A stretch of 64,000 bases of DNA. Source: Phoronis australis (taxonomy: Eukaryota; Animalia; Phoronida). Location of the stretch: positions 1,098,101 to 1,162,100 of the forward strand of contig NMRA01000005.1 in NCBI GenBank assembly GCA_002633005.1. The letters run 5' to 3'. Positions 51,001 to 63,000 of the stretch are shown piece by piece; within the stretch, counting starts at the first letter, position 1; every line of letters begins with the position of its first letter. The position numbers were made by a program, and so were the translations under genes. Under the pieces are notes generated by a model that did no database searches, was not told the DNA's origin, and worked only from the letters and a program-made list of their open reading frames with translations.

Positions 51001-54000
51001 GCAACTAGGGGACGTCGTGACCCTTGTGAGGGGCAAGCTGTCCAAGCAGACCCGAACTACTCTAGGGGCGCTAGTGGTCATTGATGTGCACGCCAGGGAC
51101 GTTGTACTGGATATGGCCAACAAAGGTGGGTTAGGGAAAGTGTAAAATATTTGTTGTGAAAATACACAGTTACGTACGGTTTGGATGGAAAATGATGTTT
51201 TTTTCCATCAAGTTTGTATTAAGTTTGCATTAAGTGGCTGTTTCACGTGGTTCATCCCCCTTTAAGTGATAACTCTTTTGCCCATTTACAGTCTCATCTG
51301 AGACTTTCATCACAACCTGTCAATTACTTTTTACTAGGTTAACTGAGGTCTGACATCCATCTCATAAAAACTATGTCCTTTTAACTTTTGTTTGGCTGAG
51401 GGAGGCTTTGCTTGGTGTCTTTTCATGTTTTGAGGAGATAACAGTTTTCTCTTAAACTTCTGTACAAGGCAACGTTCAACTTTGACTGAAAAAATATGCT
51501 CCTGCAGAGGTCACCACAGGATTGCACACTGTGTGACCTTCAAATGAAATATGGATACCTGGCGTGCATTCAGTAGACGCTAGGACCTACGCTAGGACCT
51601 AACTAAAACCTAGTCAAAGTCACGTGCTCTCATTTAAAATGCACGGCAATATCTCACGTAATCTCGCGAAGTCTTGCTTTTTAGCGAGGTCCTTGCATTA
51701 CTGAAGGGGAGGCTGTTAGCAACAGGAAACTAATAATGATGCATTCTGGGAGGGCTGTTAAAAATGGTGTTTCTTCTTATACGAACTGCACAGCTTCAAT
51801 CAACAAGTTTTGTACCTTTTTACAAAAAACATTCAACATTGATCTCTGAATGGGTAATGAATTAATTTATTTGGCATTCGTAGGAGTTGCATCAGAGAAT
51901 GATTTCCAGTGGCTGGCCCAGCTCAGGTACTACTGGGAGGATGATAGGTGTAAAGTGAGATTGGTCAATGCTACAGTCAACTATGCCAATGAATACCTGG
52001 GCAACTCACCTAGGTAAGTAATTAAAGTTTTCAACAGCATGCATCGTACACTACCTGCACAAGTTTAGAGTCTTATCTCATAAAACGTGCTTATCAATGA
52101 TGTAAAGGTAAAAAGCCGTATACAGTGTCGTTAAAACTGACAATTCTAGAGATCAGTTTTCACATTTTGATTTGACAAATTGAACTTAATTTTAGGCTCT
52201 CGTGCATTCTAGACTAATGAAATTTGAATTCAAGTATGCTCACCATAACCAAGACTATAGGGGGTGGAAATGATTTAATAACTCTCTGTCGTTAAGACGG
52301 GGGCCAATTCTTGTGAGAACACAGTCATGTCAAGAAGAAATTATGCAAGGATCTCGTGGAAAATTTACTAATTAATTGTGGTGGTTTTGAAGCAGTTGTG
52401 AATTTTGTGCTTTGACCTCCAAGAATTTCACGGTTAATTACAGGATGGTATTGCTAATGAACATCACTTCACCAAATCTGTTCATTTCTTGTAGGCTTGT
52501 GATCACGCCGCTCACCGACAGATGTTACCGCACTTTGATTGGTGCGTTCCATTTGAACCTGAACGGTGCTCCTGAGGGACCTGCTGGCACAGGGAAGACG
52601 GAGACGACGAAAGATTTAGCCAAGGCATTGGCCGTGCAGTGTGTCGTGTTTAACTGCTCTGATGGCTTGGACTACATTGCTATGGGAAAGGTTGGTTGAT
52701 GATAGTCTAGGATTAAGCATCTAGGCTCATTGATCTAGCATGAGCATTCACATAATAGGAAATTACACCCAAGATAATCAGATTAACGCTCAAATCTTAT
52801 TCTGCAACACGATAACTTTTCACACTTCATTGATTTCATGCATGAGTTCAATATTGAATTCTAAGTGCTACACATGATTGACTTTCAAGTCACTGTCTTA
52901 GTGGCTTAAGTCAATGATAAGTTCACCTGGCTGTACATGCACTTTCTAAATAGATAAGAACAGATTCATTATAGATGTAGTAGGTATTAAAAATTACTGA
53001 GCATGATTCAACCACACCAAACAACCTCCAAGAGGAAACTGTGTTTGTTAAAAGTGTTGTGTTTAGTTTTTTTCGAGAATGGTCTTCGGACATGTTTCAA
53101 AGTGTGTAATGTGATTTTTGAAATTGAGGATAAAAACTTAATTTTGTTTCATTGTTACTCTTCGTGAAAATTGATGAATTTTTTGGAGTGTGATGTTTTT
53201 TTAATTATTTTTATTTTAGTTCTTCAAAGGTCTTGCCTCAGCTGGTGCCTGGGCCTGCTTTGATGAGTTCAATCGTATTGAGCTGGAGGTGTTGTCGGTC
53301 GTCGCTCAACAGGTGTGTAATGATATTGCGGTATTCGGGAGTGACATTCCGGGCTTACGTATTCAGCTATCCACGAGGAGTAATAAATCTGGTATTTTTC
53401 TCAGCCAGGATCATAAACCCTTTGTTGAGCTGTTCACAATTACATTGCCTAGCCAGGAAAGTTGTATGACTAAGAGCAGGACTCATAAAGAACTGCTTTT
53501 GCTGACCTTGCATGGCTATTTTTTGTGGAAGACGCCCATGATTTGCAACCATCCGCAAAATTTGTGGCCACTATGCAGACTAGTTATCCCGTCCAAGCCC
53601 AAAATGGATGAGTAAATGAATTCAGGCACACACAGATTGATAGTTCAGTTACAAATACTCAACAAGCTATTAAAACTCAACAAACCTGCAAGGTAGTAGT
53701 CATGTTCTGGTAGATAGCGCCGGTTGTACCTGTTAAGAAATGTATATTAATCCTGCCATCAATACAAAAAATTGGCTTAGGCTGTCAACTAAAACCAAAT
53801 AAGTCACGTTGCTAAACTTATGCCAAAACTTTCATTCAAGCTTAGTTCCTGTGGGTTATTCGGGTTGTCCAAGCTTGCGTTTTCTTATTCCCAGTCGAGT
53901 TCCCATATCTTGATCTCAACCACATGCCACGCAATGTTAACGAATATTGGAATACTGTTATTACTTGGTATGTTATCAATACTCACGGTTACTTCTCCCC

Positions 54001-57000
54001 CCAGATTCTCTGCATTATCCGTGCCGTCCAAGCTCATGTTGACCGGTTTGTGTTTGAGGGAACTGAACTGGACCTCAACCCCATGTGTTACGTCTGTATC
54101 ACCATGAACCCTGGTTATGCGGGACGCTCGGAGCTGCCAGACAACCTCAAGGTATTACTTATTCTAGGTTTACATGAGTGGTGAAAAGACCAGCTGTTTT
54201 TCAGTGCAGACAGACATGCTGTCCGTATAGGGTCCATTGTTTCCTACCCACCTGAATCACATTTAAAGCAAAAATGGATGTTACGTAGTGATTAAAGCAA
54301 CAATTAGTAAAGGCCTCCTTTGAAATAACCAATTTGGCTGCAAAGCGCTAGAAAAAACACCAGTAGTTTTGGGGTAACTCGCACCACCAGTAAAGCCCAA
54401 GCAACAGACACCCTTCCGGCATTTTTACACCCAGCAAAAGAGCTGTCGAAGTGTCGGTTTGTGAACGAGGTATTAGATGCATTTGTGACTTATTATCCAT
54501 GCATTGTATTCAGTGTATATTAACATTGTGTTTTACTTATAATTTTTGTGAACTTTTCTTTTCATCTCAGCATGATTTTGCTAACTTTTGATTAAAGTTT
54601 TTAACGCATTAGTGCCATCAAATGTCTAATAGAATTAGAATTCACATTTAGGAAAAAAATGATTTTTTTTGAAAATAATTTCTGGAATTGTTTTCGATCA
54701 GGTTCTGTTCCGCACCGTGGCGATGATGGTGCCTGACTATGCCATGATCGGTGAGATCTCGTTGTATTCGTTTGGTTTCCTGGACGCCCGAAACCTGGCT
54801 GTGAAGATTGTCACAACATATCGTCTCTGTTCAGAACAGCTGTCATCACAGTTTCACTACGATTACGGAATGAGAGCAGTGAAAGCTGTATTATCCGCAG
54901 CAGGAAATTTGAAACTCAAGTTCCCAGACGAGGACGAAAATATCCTGGTGAGTCGTGCCTGCCCTGATGTGAGCAGACGAGACATTTTTAGACTGTCTCT
55001 TACGCAAAATTCATGTGAAGCAATGTTGTCTTTTTAAAGTTTGGTGTAAGGAACCAGTTTTATTTGAGAAATAATTATGGCTTTGTGTCATCAGGAAACA
55101 AAAAAATTAAAATTGTTTAAAAGAAAGTAATTCATGGTAGTTTCTGTTCATTTCCTGTATAATGTGATGTATTGGAAAATACATTAATTTGATGTTAATT
55201 TTGTTGTCCTTATGATGTAATTTTGGTGAAAATTTTGATCATTTAGAGTGAAATTTTGGTTAATATTTAGGTTTGTATTTGTGGTTTTCTGTTTAACACG
55301 AGTGTTATAATGGTGTGTGTGATGTCAATATCACGTGTCTCCCCATGTTGCTTCTAGCTCCTCCGTTCCATCATTGACGTCAACCTGCCCAAGTTCCTGT
55401 CTCACGACATCCCCCTCTTCAACGGCATCATCTCTGACTTGTTCCCTGGAGTAGATCTGCCCAAGGCTGACTACTCCACGTTTCTCAATGCTGTCAACAG
55501 GATCTGTGTGAAGAAGAATCTACAGGCAGTTGACTTCTTCATTGAGAAGGTCATTCAGACTTATGAGATGATGATCGTCAGGCACGGGTGGGTAACATTT
55601 GGTGGTCCGTTTGCTATGAACCCAGACGAGAGGACTTAAGACACGATAAAATCTCACTAATTCAGTTTATTACTGAGAAGTGAAATTTTTTTTTTCATTT
55701 TTTTCACGGAAGATATATAGCATTAAATAAAATGCAAGCATAGATAAAACAAATTGGGTTGCACAAAACTTCAAAATTATCCGGTGGATAAATTTGATTG
55801 TTGCGTGACGTCAGGTGCTTTGTTCAACAATAACAACGTGGTGCGTGATAATGCAACGTCATGGTTGCTATACGGCGTGTAACTTTTCTGTTTACCCACA
55901 ACTGAAACAAATCAAGACTCAACATTAAAATACTGTCATGTTTCAACACAGTAGTAATTCTCTATGTAACCTTGAAATTTACACAGTGCCACGTAATATT
56001 GTGTAAAAATGTCGCATCTCTGTGCATCAGTTCTGTAGCCCAGTTTCCCCAGTGCTGATTGTTCAGTGTTTCAAAAGGACTCTTTCTTCACCAGTTTCAT
56101 GATGGTCGGTGAGCCATTCGGATGTAAAACCAAAGTGTTGGAGACTCTGGCCGAGTCAATGACCTTGCTGCATAATGAAGGTCATGACGAGGAGTACGAG
56201 AAGGTCCTGTTCCGCATCATCAACCCCAAGTCCATCACCATGGGTCAGCTGTATGGTCAGTTTGACCCCGTCTCACATGAGGTCAGAGGTCATTCTTATA
56301 ATGAGATAATGATAAGGCATATAGTTGAATATGAAATTCTAACAGATATCCAATCAGACGTATTACAGGGCTTGGAATTTTCCGCGGAAATGCGGATTTC
56401 CGCTTTTTTCAAATGTCTGTCCGCGCATTTCATTATATTTCCACGTAAAAAAAATCGGATTTGATATAAAATTTTTGCGGCAAATTCCTTTCTTACCGCA
56501 GCGTTGCAGACGACGTTCACCTCGAAAAGCGGAAGTTGCTCTATGTTTCGGAGGAACGTAAATTGTCAACATTGCTGGGGCATCTGGGATAGCGTGGTGG
56601 GATTTTCAATGGCGACTCGTGTTAATGTAAACCGCGGCGACAAATACTACGGCTCTGCAGCCAAAAATGTGTGGGTTGGGAGTGGACGGACGAGCTAAAA
56701 GGACGCAGACGCATGCTACTGATGGTGGTAACGTTTTTTTTTTAGNAAAAAAATCGGATTTGATATAAAATTTCCGCGGCAAATTCCTTTCTTACCGCGG
56801 CGTTGCAGACGACGTTCACCTCGAAAAGCGGAAGTTGCTCTATGTTTCGGAGGAACGTAAATTGTCAACATTGCCGGGGCATCTGGGATAGCGTGGTGGG
56901 ATTTTCAATGGCGACTCGTGTTAATGTAAACCGCGGCGACAAATACTACGGCTCTGCAGCCAAAAATGTGTGGGTTGGGAGTGGACGGACAAGCTAAAAG

Positions 57001-60000
57001 GACGCAGACGCATGCTACTGATGGTGGTAACGTTTTTTTTTAGTTCTCCCGATTTTTGTCGGGGAAAGGTTCACATCGACCATTTCAAGGCTGGGTAGCG
57101 CGCATGATTTGGGCCTTAAAAGTTTCCGCGTTTTTTGTCATTGGTCATTCCAAGCCCTGGTATTAGCACGAAAAGATTATACCAGGTAGTGTTAACTATT
57201 TATATGTACAGAAGTATAGATTTTAACTAACCACTGTCGCTGTATGGTGGAAATTCCACTGCGGAATGATATGTTGTATGGTGTAGGCTGTGCATACTTG
57301 AAACTTTTGAACATAATTTGCACATTTTTGTTAAATTATCGTTTTTTTCTTATAGTGGACAGATGGTATCACAGCCAACACTTTCCGTGAGTTCGCCTCC
57401 GCTGACACGCCAGATCGTAAGTGGGTCATCTTTGACGGCCCAGTGGACGCAGTGTGGATCGAGAACATGAACACTGTCTTGGACGATAACAAGAAATTGT
57501 GTCTCATGAGTGGAGAGATCATTCAAATGTCATCTGTGATGAGTCTTATCTTTGAGACCATGGATCTGTCACAAGCTTCGGTACGTCTTTGAAGTAATAT
57601 AAAAGATTCTTGCATATGGAGCAGCTTTCCAGCGACTTTCTGAGCAAGATGTTTGAAATTTGAGTTTTGTTCTAAGCTTTGGTAGTTCTTTTAAATTGAA
57701 AAATTCTTCCAGTGATTTGAAAATATAATAGAATTATAAAATTGGTGTCATTTGTTAAAGTTTGGTGAATTTTTGTTTTTCATGGGAAACTGATTGTATT
57801 GAGAACTGAACTTATTGAGGGCTTTACAAATTTAAAGAAAAAGGTGCTCATCTGTTATCAGAATTTATTTCAAACGTGCTGTTCCACTTCATCCTCAAGA
57901 TGTTCTCAAATGAGATTCAAGTTGAACTTTCCGTGACGAACGTATTTGTGTGTTAACTTTGCACTGCTTTCTTTATGTTATCCCAGGCAAATTATTTTGA
58001 GACTAATGTTTAAAAAAACATGTCTGTTTTCTCCAATACTCTGTTGAGGGCATGCAGAATGCTTGTACCAATGTATATAGAGCTAGTTATCAGCTGCTTG
58101 CTTTCTCTCCACAGCCTGCCACTGTCAGTCGTTGCGGTATGATCTACCTTGAGCCGAGTACTCTCGGTTGGCGACCTGTTTTCAAGTCATGGCTGCACAG
58201 CATGCCAGAAGTCTTCACCAATGAGAACGGAGAGCTGATGGAGTCTATGTTTGAGTGGCTGATTGATCCGCTGTTAGACTTTGTGCGAAAAAATGTCAAG
58301 GTTGGTTTGGATTATGATAAAGAGCATAGCTTGAGCTTTTGAGATATTTTTGCTCAAAATAGTTGATGACAATGAACAGCAGGATTTTGAAGGTTATTTT
58401 GAGTTTTACACTTTTGTAATGAATTCATGCATTTGGATGCAACAATGAATATCCTTTTGTTGTCTGAGTGCAATATCCAGGAGGATAGTGGTAATTAGAA
58501 ATTCTCAGAAATGGAATTCGTTTTAATTACCACTTAAAAATTCAAACTATTTTTGTTTCCACCATTACTCAACAATATTTTTATTCTTTGTCATTACACA
58601 ACCATTTGACCAGGAAATCCCATGTCATAATATGCATCGTTTGAATAAAGTTAATTATTAATCAAATGTTACGTAAATATTGACTTTGTTTCCTTGACTC
58701 CCACCCTGTTTGTTTCCAGGAGTACGTCCCGTCCAAGCCTATAAACCTTGTTGTTAACGTGATGCAGTGGATTCAGATGCTGTTACACGAAGCTTTAGCC
58801 GATGAGAACGCAGCAGAGAACAAACACATCCGCGGTTGGGCCATGGTGAGCTCTCAGTCCACAAACTTATTATTGTCTAACCTTTGCAGTATACATCATT
58901 TCTAAAATCTACAGGTCTGAACGTCGTGCCAATGTGAATAGGCTTGAGGTTGAGTTCATTAGTATCTAGAAATCACCACCTCAAAGTAATTTTAGAAAGA
59001 CGTTCCATGGTATAAATGTTTTGTCTCAAATGGTATTAGAAATTAATGATCAATTTTGCTCTTCTTCTAATTACAGTCTGCCACTTTATTTGCCATCGTC
59101 TGGTCCATTGGGGCAACTGGTGACAACGATGGACGTGGCAAGTTTGACACATTCTTCCGTGATCTGCTTTCGGGCAAGATGGAGGCGTATCCGATACCAA
59201 AAACTGTTGGAAAGATTGAGGTCCCCCTGCCTGACAATGGCCTGGTCTATGAGTTCTTGTTTGAAGTAGGTATTATTACCAGTACAGCATCTTGAAGGGG
59301 TGACAAGTCATTTCATAGAGGTTCCTTAGACTGATATGAAATGATTTATGAGTGTATGTTTGTATTTAAACAATTCTGTATTAATGAAGTGCTTTCAGGT
59401 CTCACCGTTAAAATTTTGCAAAATTCTTCATCATATTTGTCATATGCATTCCATCATTTGGTTGGCGATTGATTCACTGACATGTGATCTTTTTTATGTA
59501 ACATTCATTCATTTGATAAGCTGTTTATTGATTGATTCTGGACATTTGACCTTTGGCATGTTCAATGCCATCCATTTGATTGGCTGTTAGTTGACCTTTA
59601 ACCTCTCTGTTGACAGCAAAAAGCCCGTGGAACCTGGAAACACTGGAACGACACCATCAAAGGCTCAGATGTGTCTAAGAGTGGCAAGAAGATACGGGAG
59701 ATCCTTGTTCCCACCATGGACACGGCACGCTACACCTACCTGATGGATCTCTGCGTAGAGTATGAGAGGTAGACATGTACTGTGTGAGGAGCAATATGAT
59801 ATAGGGTGAACCAAATAAAATACAACATGTTGCAAAAACTTGCAGCGTTACAGGCAGTGCCTTTTGCTTTGTAAAGTAAACAGCCAATTACCACGTCAAC
59901 AAAAACTGAACGGATTTGTTTTTAAGTAAAAGCCGGTTAGCTCTTATGGCAGACTTGAAGAAGAATCCGTGTAAGCATAACTCCCTTTGCATTTACCCAG

Positions 60001-63000
60001 AGTGATTACTTACCGGGTATTTAAAATCAGAAAATATCCTTAAAATTTTGGTAACATGGTGAAAATATGCGTGCGTTTGCAACAATAGTCCTGGTGTGAC
60101 AGTGCTGTGTCATTTCCAGACCTCTGCTGTTTGTTGGTCCAACTGGCACTGGCAAGAGCGTGTACGTGCAGGAGAAACTGATGAATCTACCCAAGGACAA
60201 ATACCTACCCGCCTTTGTCAACTTTTCAGCACAGACCAGTGCTAACCAAACACAGGTAATTGATTTTTTCACCAAGTTGAGCTTCAAGTCTAAAAATTTA
60301 GGATGCAAAGTAATTGTCAGATCCATTTATTGTTGAAATATGTGATCCCAGTTATGATTTATTGAATATTGTGAAAACTAATTGTTTCCTTTTGGGACGG
60401 ATTCATATTAATTTTTCTGAGATTTAACGACATGTCTTTTTGCCTCAAACAGAAACAAAAATTCTGTGCATGAAATTCTCCTATGATATTTAGATAATGG
60501 GTGTAGTCAAAAGCCCCATAATCTTAACTAGACATTGCATTCTTATCAAATCAAGTTTGTTCTAGTTCATCATCATGTCTCGTCTGGACAAACGCCGCAA
60601 GGGCATCTACGGACCTCCTCTAGGCAAGAAGTCGGTCATATTTGTTGATGACTTGAACATGCCACAGAAAGAGATATACGGTGCTCAACCTCCAATTGAA
60701 CTTCTTCGTCAGTTTTTGGACCAGGGCAACTGGTACGACTTGAAAGACACGACGAAGATTACCTTGCAGGACATTCAGTTCATCTCTGCAATGGGGCCCC
60801 CTGGTGGTGGCAGGAACGATGTCACGCCGAGATTCCTGCGTCATTTCAATGTTGTCAGCGTTGTGACGTTCAACGATGAAACTATGGTCAGGATATTCTC
60901 GACGCTCATGAACACATACTTGAGGGTGAGCCAACTTTGAGGATTTGAATATTTATTAAAAAATTTTGTTGAATTTAAAACAATTGCTTCTGGACTGTTA
61001 CTGTGTTTGTTAAACGAGTACGTGAGACCAATTACAAAGATCGTAATCGCCTTTTTGTTGAAACGATGTATTCCATTGTGGGAATATTACCGGTAGTTAA
61101 TGTTTTATTTTTTTCAATGAAATTGATCTTCCTGGTTGTTTCCGTTTGCCTCAGTTTGGAGTTTATGTTGCGGGATGGAGTAAAGGCCAAACACAATCAT
61201 TAGTGAATAATGCGTCTGCTTTTCTAGTAGCATATCACCATCAGCAATCAAGTTGTACTACATTCTGTCAAATGCTTTGGAGAATTTGAAAGATAACAAA
61301 AATTCCTTAGTATATTCTGATGTGCATGTAGTTGTCGTGTTTATAAAGACTGTGTTTATAATATGTATTGTAGAATAATTTCAGACAAAAATAATTTTGA
61401 GATTGCTCTCTTATATTTTTCAAGGGCTTCTAACTAAAATGGTTGTGAGGATACAGATCTTGAGCACGGAAAAGTGTTAATTTGGTGCTACATGTCTTTA
61501 ATGGCAAAAATGAGAAAATGAGATTATCACGTGTCCGCCATGTTGTATCCTAAATTCGTGAAATTTTGTCGCACTATCATTTGCCACAAGTTGTTCTCTA
61601 TTTTACAAAAGTTGTGCCTGCTTTTTAGAGTCAAGAATTTGCACCAGACTTCTTCACCATCGGTAACCAGATTGTACAGACAACGATGCGTGTCTACAAA
61701 GAAGCCATGCAGAGTCTGTTGCCGACACCGACCAAGTCTCACTACGTGTTCAACTTGCGAGACTTCGCTCGCGTCATCCTTGGAGTTTGTCTCGTCAAAA
61801 AGGCGCAGGTCGAGAACAAAAGAGTCATGACCCGGCTCTGGGTGCACGAGATCTTCCGCGTCTTCTACGATCGTTTAACTGACGATAAAGACCGCCTCTG
61901 GCTGTTTCAGTAAGTTATTTGTTGTGTTGCTTTTCCGAGACAAAAGTCTAATGGTTGTACTCAAAATCAAACTTGAATGTGTTTAAGACATTCCCTGTTC
62001 TTCTTCAGTATGAATTCAAGATAAGTGTCTATTATTGTGTGTTCTCATGAAGTACATTAGGTTTTATGTGGATGAGTATGTGATCTAATCGTAATTTGCA
62101 CTTGGTGACTACAGCATTATTGCTACAAGTTCAAGTTTGAATGTGAATTTTCCTGAGTTTGTACTCGAGTGGGTTTTTACTCAACAACCCTGTAACAGAA
62201 ATCTAGGGGTCACAAGTGCATAAACCATAATGTACTATAACAAACAAAAATGGGCACTTATCTTGATATTGTATTAAAGTACAACTTAACAGAAGATGCC
62301 GAGTTCTGTTTCATCCACAAAGATTTGACCACACAGGGGCGGATCCAGGATTTTGAGTTGGGGCGTGAGCCAGAGCAGAGTATTAGTCAGGATTTTGCCT
62401 GTCAGACATTCGCACCCCCGAACTGCCAAATGGAATCCGGGACAATTTTAGTGTTGGAGGGCATGCAGTGCTATGTACAGTATTAGGTTATTGTATTATG
62501 AATATTCATGAACTAGCCTGACATAATTGTGATGTATTTTAAATACTTCTGCTGTTAAAATGTTTCTCACCATTTTTCGCTTCTCTGTGTCCATTGGCTT
62601 TTTTTTAATGACAACTGATAAGTGTCCATCTAAGAGCAGAGGTTTATTGGATAGCCTGCCACCTGGTGACTGTACATTTTATGTCAGCATAGATCACTCA
62701 TCATTCAATGTTTTTTTACTGATTTGATGATTCCCGCTTTCTGTGAAAATGGAGATAATGCCTGAATTGTTGTGTTCCTTCCAGACTTACCAATACATGT
62801 GTACGTGAAGAGTTTAAGGATAACCCTGACACTGTGTTTGAACACTTGGCTGGCGGCGGTAATGGTGGCAAACTGACGGAGGAGGACATGCGCTCTCTAA
62901 TGTTTGGAGACTACATGAACCCTGACCTGGAGCCCGAGGAACGGGTTTACGAGGAAGTGTTTAGTTTGGACAACTTCTACCAGGTGGCGGAGCAGTGCTT

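Noticed and set aside
56095-56140. Degenerate AAA2 P-loop (GEPFGCKT) and AAA4 GSGRQS as signs of pseudogenisation
   Set aside because: Such variants are normal for single-headed axonemal dyneins; the frame is intact across all 36 exons.
56504-56997. Tandem duplicated 64-aa gene
   Set aside because: Inside a MITE and duplicated across a probable assembly overlap; non-ATG start.
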